64,000 bases of DNA from Gnetum montanum (lineage: Eukaryota > Plantae > Gnetophyta). The position numbers and the translations under genes were made by a program. This document shows positions 49,897-62,330 of this stretch, one piece after another. The first letter of the stretch is position 1. Each line of letters opens with the position of its first letter. The stretch lies in the NCBI GenBank assembly GCA_015680685.1, contig MNCI01002197.1, positions 211,939 through 275,938 on the forward strand, in the 5' to 3' direction. The notes under the pieces are model-generated. The model was given only the letters and a program-made list of their open reading frames with translations, was not told where the DNA came from and did no database searches.

Positions 49897-52179
49897 AGAT
49901 CCAAGAAGCTCTCAGTGGATGCAAGCAAAAATTAAGTTTCAGTTTCGTAGTATTTGGAAACATGCTAGAGCTTGATAGTAGTAGAATGTCTTTCAACTTC
50001 CTGTGTCATCAACAACAGAAGGGTTAGATCTTAGGTCCTGTGCATTGGGATCTTCCAGTGCTACAACTGAAAAGGATGCAGGGGAAATCCTCTTACTAAG
50101 AAGGGTAGAGCTTATGCCCGTAAATTGAGGTCACCTTTGGGCTTTTATCACAAAAGCTTTATGTGGAGAAGTAATATGCATGCCTGAATCGTTGCTAAAT
50201 GAAAGAATTTTGGACAAACTTTTACCATTCCTTCCTGTACACCAAACTTCTCAAGCCTAGCATGCTCTTAACACTCTCTTCTCTCCGTTTGGCTTGATGA
50301 TGCACCTCATCTAGTGGTTTGGTAATCCTTGCTGCTACCACTTCTCGCTGAGCACCTGTCACAAGTCTGATGATCCTTCAGCTTTTGAGAATTTTTCATA
50401 ATTGCATCCTCTTAATGGTAGATCCAATATTTCTAGTTTGAGGCACACGTATCTAAATCTTCATCATCTGTATCCATTTTGCAATGGCAATATAAGTACA
50501 ATGGGTTGTTCCTTCATAACACTTCAAGAATTTCTAATGCATTATTCATTTGGAGAGGGTTAAACAAATTTAACCTCGGTTAACAGAGCATTGTGCGCTT
50601 GAATCGACTGGTAGAACTGGGAAGGGGAAAATCATACTATAAAGATAGCCTGTTTCACAACACATCAACATGAGCTCTATATCTCTTAAGAAATAAAGGT
50701 GAGCAGTGATTGCATTGTTGTTCTATATCATTTTGAATGGGTGCCTTAAGGCAGGATTTGAATAAGGGATTTTAGAGGAATGAATTTCATGAACATCTGT
50801 CCTTGCTGCAATTAGGAGAGTGAAAGAAGAAATTATATTTTTCTGCATTTTCAAATCAGAGTAGATTTGGGAGCGAGTCAAATTGGTTTTGGCTTTGTTT
50901 TGTTGTTTTTTGTTTTGGTTTTTCATTCTTTGGAAAAAACTTGGTTTTGCTTGAAACTGTAGTGGATTTAGCCAGCTAATGGGACTAAGATGGTAGTGAT
51001 AAACTTGAAAAGGTTGGCTACAATTTTTGGGGAGAGTCTTAACATGGAAACCGTAGGTTACAGGTTCAATTGTAATAGGCACTGTTGAGTTATAGATAAA
51101 TTCTATGAAAGGAATTCTGAAACTGATAGGGTCTGACAGATTCAAGGTGGTCTTAGTGGACATGCTTAAGTGCATTCAGTTTTAGTTTCATTATTGCAGA
51201 GTATTTTGGACAAAGTATGGAGGGAGCTTAATGGTAGGATTTTTTAGTTGAAAATTGAAACTGCATTATCAGTGTGGCTTGTAATTCTACAATAATGGAA
51301 TGATTCAGTGAAGATCAGAAAAGATTTCAGGTAGATGAATAATGTTGCTTAGTGCATATTCTGCTAGGACTTTTATTTAAATTTTGTGATGTACTGTTAA
51401 ATGTTAACATAGTTGATCACCATAAACATTTGCTTGTGTCAGTAATCTTTTACTGTCATTGTAATAATTAATATCTTGAACTGAAAATTTACATTTGGTT
51501 ATTGCTATCTGGGTATTTAATCATGTAACTTATCTCTGTTTACTATTTTTCTGAGTGTTTTTGCTGGAGCATGTGCGGAGTAGAATGGATTGAAAACTGA
51601 TACGTAGAGCATGCCTGAAAATGCAACCCATGTTTCTCTAGAAATTGTTGTACAAAATGAGGGTATGGAATGCACTGGAAGGACTTCAATTATATAACTA
51701 CAATGTAACCACACATAACTGACTGTAAAACACACGTCCAAAACAGCATTACATCACCCAACAATCATGGTTTTTAGCCAACAAGGATTACACGTCCAAA
51801 AATTTATTTATTAGAAGTTTTTATTTTTCATTTTTCAAAACAAGGATTTCATGGAAAACGTTTTTATTCCTCGAGACATTATCTATTGGACAGAATAAGC
51901 TTTACTAATGTAGTCTCTGTGTTGGTATACACCATTAAGGCTGAAAACAAACTCTACATTGTTGGGTTGATGGTTGGGATTTATCATCATCTTGGTGCCT
52001 TTATATCATCTATGATGGGTAGATCATTGGGTTGATGGTTGAGACTCTCATCATCATCAACTTGGTAGCTTTATGGTCGGGACTTTCGTCATCATCAACA
52101 TCTTGGTGTTCACTGACTGTCTACCGGAGGCCAGAGTTACCGAGCATATATTTTTACAGTGTCCCTTGTCTCAGCATAC

Positions 52180-52240
52180 TCCTTGTCATTGAACCTGGGA
52201 CTTATAAAGCACAAACCATATACTCTAACCAAGTAAGCAA
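52180..52240 (-). repeat. Degenerate tRNA-like SINE head
   Basis: The minus strand has A-box-like GCTTACTTGGTTAGAG and B-box-like GGTTCAATGAC at tRNA-like spacing. Confidence 0.35.
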
Positions 52241-52505
52241 TGCCTTAGCAACAATGGTTAGGACTTTTCACTATGATAAATCTATCACAGAGCTTGTGAC
52301 GAGAGCAAAGTCATTTGTTATCCAAAAAGCAGAGTAACCATTTTTATAACTCAAAAAAATAGCAACGCACTATTTCAAACTTCAAAGTGAATGAAGAGAA
52401 TCGTTACTATTCAGTTTTTTTACCTTGATAAATTTTGTCTTTCTCCATTTACATTGATTGTACCTTTTAAGCTGTTTGATGATTCTGCTTCATTTTTTGT
52501 TCCAG

Positions 52506-52586
52506 CTACTCGGGACTATTGAACATTGCATTCAAGTAGCAGACAAAATAACAGTTTTTTCTTCTAAAGTGGGTGTTAACTCATGA
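52506..52586 (+). CDS. ZNRD2: ZNRD2/SSSCA1-like, terminal coding exon 5
   Basis: Strong acceptor TTTTTTGTTCCAG| then LLGTIEHCIQVADKITVFSSKVGVNS*. Resembles the SSSCA1 C-terminal helix (QL...I..C). The joined CDS is 759 nt, a multiple of 3. Confidence 0.75.
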   Translation, partial: LLGTIEHCIQVADKITVFSSKVGVNS

Positions 52587-53319
52587 TCTTTGCATTCTTC
52601 TTACTTTGAATCTTGTATGAGGCAAGTGATACAAAGGACAAATTATAGGATCTTCAATGGTTAGATTTATTTTGGCAGCTGTGATGTTGAGATAAATTTG
52701 ACACACAACAATAATTGGGCTTTCATGCATATAGCCGTGTAACTTGGCAGTTGTTTCATGTGGGTGTTTTTATTATCAAAACAGTTATAAGCTTTTTCCC
52801 ACTATTCTATTTTAATTTAATCCGTCAAATCACTTTTATTGTTAGATATTTTAATTTAAATATGGTAAGGCATCTAACTTTCTGTTAATGTGTTATTTGT
52901 AAATATGGTCAGAAGTTGCGATTGTAATAAATTATTGCCGAGTATTAATTAAGATATACGCTTACGCTTGGCTTGTGAATCGTGACTATGAAAACCAAGT
53001 TGAAAATGAACTATGGATCTTTATAGCCTGCGATACGTTGCAGATTTGGTTTTTAATATCGTCATTCTATGTAATAGTAGATCTATCTTTTAGGATGTTG
53101 CCGAAAAGATAATTTGTGTTAAAGTTTGTAAGGTACATGGAATTCATAATGTTGGGTGCGTTTAGAGTGCATTTGATGCCTTAATTTTCTTGGGGTTTAA
53201 CTTTCCATTAGGGGTAAAATTGTGTACATAGTTAATATGAAAAATACAAAACGTTGAAATAATCACAACTATATCACTTAATTCTTAACCTTGAGTTATA
53301 GTTTTCAATTTTTTTCTTG

Positions 53320-53990
53320 TTTTGGCCGAGAGGCAAAACTATATCAATTATTTCTTAACCTTAAATAATAGGTTTCAATATTTTCTTGTTTTTGCCAAGA
53401 GGCTAATTACTAGTTGGTTGGACTTTGTAACGGAAACTAAATAATTAGTCATAAATATAGTCATGAGATGAATTTTCTGCAAGAATTATTATTTTGGCTT
53501 AGAGGTCAATTACTGGTTGGTTGAACTTTGGCAATGAAAAAAAATAATTATAGTCATAAACCCAAGGGATTTTCATTTTCGACATAATTATTATGGCTAT
53601 ATAATGGCTTTTATCAACATGAAAGTGAATTCCCTATGAATCAATTATGGATTTGATTAATTTGAAAAAGTAAAATATTTTCTTGGCCAAATAATAGATA
53701 TATCTTCATCATCATCACAAGATATGGATTAACTACATGAGTTCTTTTTCATCATTTGCCTCTATGAAAAACTAGATCTTTGTTTATTTGCAATTTCTTC
53801 AAATCAATAGGCATATCTAAGGAATGCCCTAGCATTTGCAAAATTGGAAAATGGATTTATCAATGAGATTTAGCAAGGTTTTATAGTTGTCTACCAACTT
53901 GATGTTGCCCTCCTTTTGTATAGATATATATCATCAATATATAGCTAAACTAGTTTTAAGTATAATTGGATAGGTTACTCTTCCATGATT
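53320..53990 (+). repeat. Non-coding dispersed repeat, copy 2, interrupted by a short insert with an (ATC)n end (about 53705-53925)
   Basis: Homologous to 6370-6900. TAGATATAT flanks the insert, and the sequence resumes at TAGCTAAACTAGT as in copy 1. Confidence 0.5.
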
Positions 53991-54249
53991 TCTTATTTTT
54001 AGTCTTTGCTAGTTTAAGGACATGGATATGTTAATAAACTATCAAAGAATATAATTTATCAAAAAAATATTATGATTTTGTTGTCAATGAAAATGTAGCT
54101 TTTGAACCAAGAGATATATTAATAGAATCAGACGAATACTTTGATTATGTCATTAGTGGCTCAAAACTAGCTTGAGCACAAGTGAGAACGTCTTGGTTTC
54201 CCTTGTTTTCAGTGATGTTGACAATAAATACATTTACAACGATGCTTAT

Positions 54250-55030
54250 GAGAAGAGGACCTATCCTTTTTGGGTGGTTTGAAGCTATAATTTTCTAGAC
54301 ATATGTCATAGAAAATAGAATGTTCTAATTTTTGTTTTATTTCTTCCATTTTCTTTTACACTTATAAATCTTGATAGATAGTAACATTCAAATGTTCTAG
54401 AAGTTGTTTAATTGCATTGAAGCTCATATCTTCTATTGTCTTGCCTGTTGAATCTAATTCATGTTTGTATTTTTCAGTAAATTCTAGAGGAAAAGATCCT
54501 ACTAGTCTTTCTTTCACAATCCTATCATGTGCTAACTTCCCTCTGTAATACCACTCTTCCATTTGTTTCATGTATGGATCAAAGTTCTTAATGTCCTTTA
54601 ATGTTGCTACAAAGAACTTCTCTCTAAATTCATCATCATAATCCATTTAATACCAATAAATTCTCTAGTTATTAAACTAAGGAATTGTATTAGGGGTCCA
54701 TCTAAAAGTTGATTTCTTATATTGATAGATATTTGATTCCACCATTTGTGTAAATTTCCTACAAAATTGAAGACAATTTTTCATAGCATGTTTTAACATT
54801 TTTCTTTACAAAAATAACTTAATTTATGGTGCCATTGATTCTGTTAATTAATTTTTATCATTCTAAAGGGCTTGTACCATCCATGCAATACGTTAGGTCT
54901 TTTTCGCTCATTAGGTGGAAAGTTACTTGACGATAATCCTCAGGTGGAGCTATTAGTTGTTCTTCCTGTTCTTCCTCATGATCATGATCCATCACTTGTG
55001 AGGATTCTTCATTGGCATTGATCAGTTTAC
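54250..55030 (-). mobile_element. Endogenous caulimovirid coat-protein (gag-like) fragment
   Basis: FNFVGNLHKWWNQI...LITREFIG followed by LKDIKNFDPYMKQMEEWYY...LVGSFP resembles the caulimovirid capsid core (F.G.L..WW...FIG...YY...KLP). Confidence 0.65.
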
Positions 55031-55249
55031 CAAAGGTGATACGTCTTGCTTCCTGAAAGCATACCTTACTCTATTTAATATAAGCTTTTGAAATTCAAAG
55101 ATTGCTTATATGAGCTTCAATGGACAAGCAAAACGATGGAGGCATAAGTCATGCAATGAGGGTTGATGGACAAGCAAAAGTAAGATGTGTTGCTATGCTA
55201 TTTGAGGTGTTTTGAGACGACACTTCTATCACTATCCATGGCTTCATTT

Positions 55250-55900
55250 GACATGCTCCTAGTTACCACTTCCTATATACACAGATTATCACATTATTGT
55301 TCATCTATTGCTTGTTTTATGTTACTCCATTTTCCCAAACATGAAATCTATTTGAACATTCGACTTAGCCTAATACAATGTTTCCTCTCAATGTATTTCA
55401 ATGAATATTATCTTGAGATCTTTGGATTTGGTCTTAGATCTGTCTTACTTTCTTTTTGACACCCAATGGAGGTAGAGGATTGGAAACAAAAAGGTTTTCA
55501 CTATGTTCACATAGCTGAACTAGATATACATCTTCATCCTCATTTCAACAATTGTCTTCAAAATTCCTACTAGGTTACATTAGTCGATAGAAGATTTAAA
55601 AGTTTCAAAGATGTGATTATTACATAGGCAAAAGGTTAGAGTGACATGCCTTAGTAGTAATATTACCTATTTTTACATTATCACTCAAAGATAGAAATTT
55701 ATATAATGTTTTAATGTTAATAGTCCATATTCTTATTGGTATGATGTATGGAAGTATATATGCAATGATCGATACAAGTTATGTTCTAAGTTGTACTCAA
55801 CAACTAGTATCAAAACCTTGCTTCCCTTTGGATAACAATCTATCTCAATAGGATCCACTAACTTAGAATATGGTATGGAGATAAACACTAAGGATCTCCT
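55250..55900 (+). mobile_element. Endogenous caulimovirid 30K-type movement protein fragment
   Basis: Collinear, frameshifted motifs WKQKGFHYVHIA...HPHFK, TLVDRRFKSFKD (conserved D) and PIFTLSLKDRNLYNVL...GS. Confidence 0.8.
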
Positions 55901-56128
55901 GATCCATATAGTCTACCCCTACATCAATGATACTTTAAAGAGTTCTACAACTCTATTTCATCAGGTATACCATTGAGTTCTGGTAAAAAATGCTACAAGA
56001 TTCACTGACAGTGATCCATTTGCAGTAGAAGATATCTCTAAACAAAGTCTCACTAACAATATACTACCCAAACCACCTTTTGCTCTCATCCCAATCCAAA
56101 TAAGTGGATAATTGGTCACCAACCCAAA

Positions 56129-59100
56129 TAATGAGTAGTGGGTACCCCCTATGCCCAACCATGCAAATCACAAGCATTCATGTGCAATTCGGTCAAATTC
56201 CACAGATGGAACTAGTGTGGTATCTAGATAGTTAAGTATTGATCGCAAGTCCCTGTCTTCTCACTAGTGGTAGTTTGGTCATGTATGGTAAATCCAAAGT
56301 GAGACATATGATTATTGATGTTGCATGGTCCTTAAACTAAATGAATGATAATGTAGAAATTAATTAATTAACATAACTAATAATAAGAAGATAAATTCTA
56401 AGGTAGTCTAAAGGTTATGAGTGTTTATTCCCAACTTGCCATACACGTCCTGAACTCACATATCTACTACTAGGATTACCAAGTGTTATGCTGCTAGGCG
56501 AACTAACCAATAACGCTACTAGGATTACCAAGTGAATACATGTTTACGCTTGAAATTGGTCACACTCATTTCACCAATTGATTAATATGCATGAAAATGT
56601 AAATATTAACTAAGTACATCAAAAGTAAATTGCATTAAAAGCAAATCTATTCTAAGTCAAAGTGCTACAATGGACAGGAATCAATCTCGATCTTATTGTC
56701 ATTCATGGAATGTGTCCAAGTACAATGCCACTTGAATAAGATGCCATAAAATTAACTTAAATCGTTATGGGCACTCACTGACTACTTACTAGGATTATGG
56801 AAAAAAATTTGCAAGAGTCTAGCTATAGTAGTCACCAAATGGTGCCAAAAACATGGTAGGTGCTCACATATTTAGAGGAAAATACAAGCATTGCATTGAC
56901 AGGAATGTGTTAATGCATTTAACTATGTTGGCAGGGATGCATTGATGGGAATGTGTTAACACATTTAGCTGCATTGGTGGGGAGGTGTTGACGAGAATGC
57001 ATCGACAGGGTTGCATCAATGCATCTAAGATGTCTTGCCCATTAATGCATCAACTCATTTTCATCCACACATATGCATCAACGGGGATGCATTGATGAGG
57101 ATGCGTTGACAAAGTTGCTCAACATATCATGTCTCATCATACCCCCATGACTAAGTAAAAACTCGTCCTCAAGTTATATGTAAATGAACAAAGTTTCATT
57201 ATAGAAATTGTGGGGTGACCAAGACTAGATTGGCTACCATTACAAAATTTTATTCGAGTGGATGTATTACAAAATGACAAAAAGATTGGATGGACATTAA
57301 AGTTTACAAAATTGTAGAGGTTGTCAAAAAATCTACCAAAGATGAATCTTCTTGTTTTCCCTTGTGGTGGCAATCTTTCCCACCTTGATTGTTATGTTGA
57401 TGCTTCTCTTTTTATACAGAACATTCTTGAAGGATAGACTAAAATTTCTTCTCATGGTCCCATGGATCCAACAAGCATATGATGTTTGAGCTTTAATCCT
57501 TGTATGTTCTACTACTTGTCCATGGGCATATCCTTCTTTGTCCTTCTCTTGGCCTCTTTTCCTTGCCTTGTAAAAGACCTTCAATCTTAGGCTTTCCTTT
57601 AAGCATCACCAAAGGATCAACACTACTTTTGGTAAATTTTCCTTAATAATTAACCCTTTTCAGATCCATTAGCTTAAAATGTGAAAAAATGTTAGCATTT
57701 AAGCACAAGGTAATGGCAAAGTACTATTCCCAAGGCTATGAGGTAACTAAAATCATCAAGTTATTCACATTACTTTAATTATTATTACTATTAGTTACCA
57801 TAATGTTAAAAAATGGAGAGTTAGAAAAATTTCAAAAATTAAATCCTTAAACCCCCCCATGATAAATGAGTTTAACTCTAAAAGTGCACAAGTTTTCGAA
57901 CAATTAAAACTAAAGGTTTGGCTTACAAGATGACCAAGGAATATTGAATTTGAAGGATATTTTAATAGAAAAGTAGTAAAAATTAATCGAGATTGATGAG
58001 AAGTAGTCCCAAAATCATGCATAAATTTAAAGTAACCATCAATGATGTTCTTGAAGATGTGAGGTTTGGTTCAAAGCCATGATCAACAAAAGTTACACAA
58101 GTGGGTTCTTCCCAAAGCAGGCTCCTGCCATAATGCCTTGCATAACCACTTCTGTAAATGTCCGTGGGCACCTTAGAAGTTAAATGTAGATCATGTGCTT
58201 GTTCCAAAAAAACACATAATTGCCTTGTTTAGTATCGTACACTATACTATACAAAATCATTTGGCCCATAATTGCATGTAGTAGTGAGGTGAATAATGGG
58301 ATGAGAAGGGATTGTAGAGATTAGGATGTAAGGTACTTAACCGTGTCTGCAATATGTTCTTGTGTTAATTGTGATTAAAATAACTATCATACGTATCCAT
58401 CCAAGTTTCAAACCAAGTCCATACCATTAATAGTAGCCTCACATTGATGTGTTCCTTCCTACCTACCATCATGAGTCCAAAACAATCATAGAGAGTGAAC
58501 ATCACTCCAAAAAGAGAAGAAAGAAGAAGTAGGAAGGAAGGAAGGAAGGAAAGGCCTTAGCTAGAGGGATGCCTTTAAGCATGTGTAACATGTCTTTCCA
58601 GCCCCATAACTAGTACTTCTAGCCTATTATTATGTCTAAGGGATGTGCTTTGAATTCCCATTATTTTTTTTCTTTTCCTCTCTATTTTTCTCTCTCTTTT
58701 TTCTTTTCTTTTGTTTTCTTTCTCTCTTCTCTTTTTTTTTTTTTTTGGAAACCACACCATGCAAAGACATGCTTCTTGTTTATTGGTCAACGATGAGAGT
58801 GATGATATGTTCCTAGAGGAGTCATGAACCACAAGAAGGAAGTCAAGAAGAGAACCCACAAATCCCCTTATGGTCACACCCTTTTCTATTTCCACTTGGT
58901 CTTTTTCCCTTTCCTCAAGGCACAATGATTAGTAGTTAATTTTTAGTTTTGTGTGAAAAGAACCATATTGCTTTCATGATAAAGACCTCTTATTTATAGA
59001 ACTAGAGGGATGAATGATATGGTCTCATTGCTTTACACAATTGTTTATCTAATCATCTTGATAGCATAAGACAAAAATCCAACACATGATGTTGACTTCT

Positions 59101-59720
59101 GCCTCATGATTGACAACATTGTTATTAACAAAGACATAGTAGATAGTCATAAAACATAAAGGAAATGACTCAATAAATGAGAAAATTATAAAGAAAAGAA
59201 AAATAACAAGAAATGGAAAACATATTAAGAATTGGAAAATTTTTGAGGAAATAGGAAAATGATCCAAAATTGTAAAACAAAAAAAAAAAGCAAAAATGCA
59301 CTTATTAGTTCTTGATTCAAGATGAGGCATCTCCCCCACGACTAAGCTCATGAGTGAGCATTTGAAAAATGGACCACACATTCCCTTGATTATACATCAT
59401 AAGTTTTCCATTTATCATCTTTATTGATTTAAGATTTCACTTGGTAGCACATTTAACATTGATGATAATCACGTTTCGATCATTTACAGACATATCTTTA
59501 GCTAGACTAGAAGGTGTTTTTTTTTTTATGGGATCTAAAAATGTTTCCTTTTTTATTTTCTATTTTAGTTCTTGTGTCTCCTTGTTCAAACACTAATGTA
59601 CTTGAGCACAACAATGTAATGGGAATAAAAACAAACTCTTTCAACAATCCTTGCAACACTAAGAATAGATTGATGTTTTCTTTAATACACTTTACTTTCA
59701 TGCACTTTACTTTAATGCAC
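56129..59720 (-). mobile_element. Athila-type element: 3' LTR (56129-57139) and non-coding 3' internal region
   Basis: Termini TAATGAG...CTCATCA; the left end is the reverse complement of the LTR ends at 60174 and 63088. A PPT-like CCCCCATGACTAAG is adjacent at 57142 and recurs near 59332. Confidence 0.7.
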
Positions 59721-62330
59721 ATTAAGTAATTAATTTTTAGTTGTTAATGAACATAAGCACGACCACTTCAAGCATACGTGTAGCACTTGGTAACCTAGGA
59801 ATGCTTAACGTTTGGTAGCCTAGTAGTGTTATACATGTTCAGGACGTGTCTAGGAAAGTGTTATGGGTACTTGTGTTAGGCTAGCTAGGTAGTGAATGAA
59901 TTCCATCTTAAATTACTCTACCTTTCATTCTTGTTGTAGGCGATTAAACTTATAAAGCATAAAATGATAAAAATCATGTACCTCAATTACACTTAAACAA
60001 TATCTTTGAGCTTCACAAGTGTAGTTGGGAAGAGAATGAATGTTTTCAACACCCATTTGACTTCCTAGAAGAACTAGTGCACTAGAGAACTATAGGTTTA
60101 CGGAATTCGATTGAATTGCATGAACGCCTTAGTGATTCGTATGGTTGGACATAGGGGTACCTCACCACTCATCATTGGCATCGTTGTCGAGGACCTTTTG
60201 GTTGTTTCGTGCACTATCTAGGATTTAGTGGAAATCATTCAAAATTGTTGGAATGAGCCTTAGAGTCATATCATATTTTACAATTACTACAATAAAAATT
60301 TAAAAGCACACTGCGTTTTTATCATCTAATTGAAAATGTCTTCTTCTCACAAGAGTGCTTCTCTATCCAAGTCTAATGAAGCTCATTAGCCGGTGCCTCA
60401 GGAATATTGATTGGAATATGCTCATCTTGATGAGTATGTACCCAATTTCACCTTCATCATACATCAGGATGAATAGTTGTGATGGCATGACATGGAGGGC
60501 AACATTGTGTTACTGCCTGACCGATCTGTTCATGCAATGCTTGAACAAATGCTTATACGATAGGGTCTCCAGGAACTTCATGCTAATTAGGTTGTGCAAG
60601 ATAGTGATGCCAGGGATTATCGTCCCACTGAGGCACAATGTCTACGGGATTGATAGCTAGAACAACGTCATGACTTTGCGAAGGGAAAAGGATTTAATGA
60701 TTCCCCATTCCTACTATACCAAAAGGATAATGGTGAACCCTTCTCTGGGGATTTTCCATTCAGTGAAATTCCTCTCTTTGACTTCAGTGAAGGAGGTTAA
60801 ATTCAGAACCTACAGTCCACAATTCACAATCCTGGTTCTAGTAAGAATGGATCCAATAACAAAGAAGGATCCAATGAGGCAAGCCAAGGCAGGAATGTGG
60901 ACAAGAAACAAGATCATGATTGTGGCCATGATCACCAAAGAGGTAGTAGCAGGCACTGTGATGGTGCTAGTCCTCCTTCTTCTTCACCTTTGTCATCTTC
61001 TTCTTCTTCTTCTTCTTGCTCTAACCATGACTGCAAGAGGCAAGACCGTGATGAAGGTGCCCAAAATGACTAATGGGACCAAAATGATTGAAGGGACCAT
61101 CGGGCAAGGCAGATCAAGGGCACAAACATTCAAGAGAGGCCCATTGCCATGAATGAAGGGGTAGTAGAGGGCATCATAGGCACCATGATCATGGCCTCAA
61201 TGAGCCTTTGCTTGTTACCCAAAGTATGCTTAATATCGTAGAGGTAGTACGAATTCCAACAAGGCATGTCAAGGATAGTTGGATCAAAAGGCTAGACATG
61301 AACAATATTTCTCGATTCGAAGGAGGATATAACTCTGATCCACAAACCCATCTCCAAGCTTTTTAAGATGCATGTGCCTTGCAAAACATAGAGAATGAGT
61401 GGTAAAAACTTAAGTTGATCCCACAGACACTCATTAAAGAAGCAGAAAACTAGTACTGGTTCTTAGAGTCAAAATTTATCAAATGATGGAGTACCATGCT
61501 TGAATTATTCAATGACAAATATCAAACGTACTCCAGAGTGTCCAACTTGAGAAGGTAGATCCAAGGATGAAAACAAGGAATACATGAACCCTTGGATGCC
61601 GCCATTGGTCGACATTTTTTCTTAATGCACAAATGTCCTGACCATGGTTATTCTTAATAGGATCAACTTTGCCACATTGTAGATGGGCTTCAATCAAAAA
61701 TGAGGAGAACTCTTAGCATTTATGCCCAAGGGCGGCTGTCAAAATTAAGTGCTTGTCAAATACAAAGACTAATTGAGCAAGTAGATAAAGAGGAGGGTAA
61801 ATTAAGAAAAAGAGAAAGTGCAGAAAAGTACAATTGTGATCCTTCCATTCGAGAGAGGGAGGTTTAATTTTGTGATAATGAGGAAGAATCCACACCTAAT
61901 GAGGTGGTGAATAGGAAAACCTTGGCACTCCAAAAATTTCAATCTAAAATTATGACCAAGGTTGATCAATTATGGGACTCCATGGATAGCAGATTTCAAG
62001 GTGTCCTTAAAATTGCTGAGGAGTCCAAAGGACAAGGTAGTTATCGTGAGCTCAGGAGGTGCAAGGAAGTTGAATGTGCCCATCAAAGAGGTAAGGGTAG
62101 AATTGTTGCAATAGAAGAAGTTGTAGAATGCAAATTAGATGATGATGGTGGATGTGACATCTGCCAATATGAACATCCTAAGGGATGTTGCCTCATAGTA
62201 TCACACTTACAAGAGTCTAGGATGTATGCTTTGAATCCACGACTAACATAAAGGCAAACATCCAAAAGATTACCTTATCCTCAAGGTCATTCTAGGCAGT
62301 TCTACCAAGAACAACTGTATTATCCAAGTG
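59720..62330 (+). mobile_element. Athila-type element: partial 5' LTR (to 60174), degenerate tRNA-Asp PBS and decayed gag
   Basis: ...ACTCATCA-T-TGGCATCGTTGTCGAGGA at 60167-60193. Athila gag motif KCPDHG...QLCHIVDGL near 61630-61700. Confidence 0.78.
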
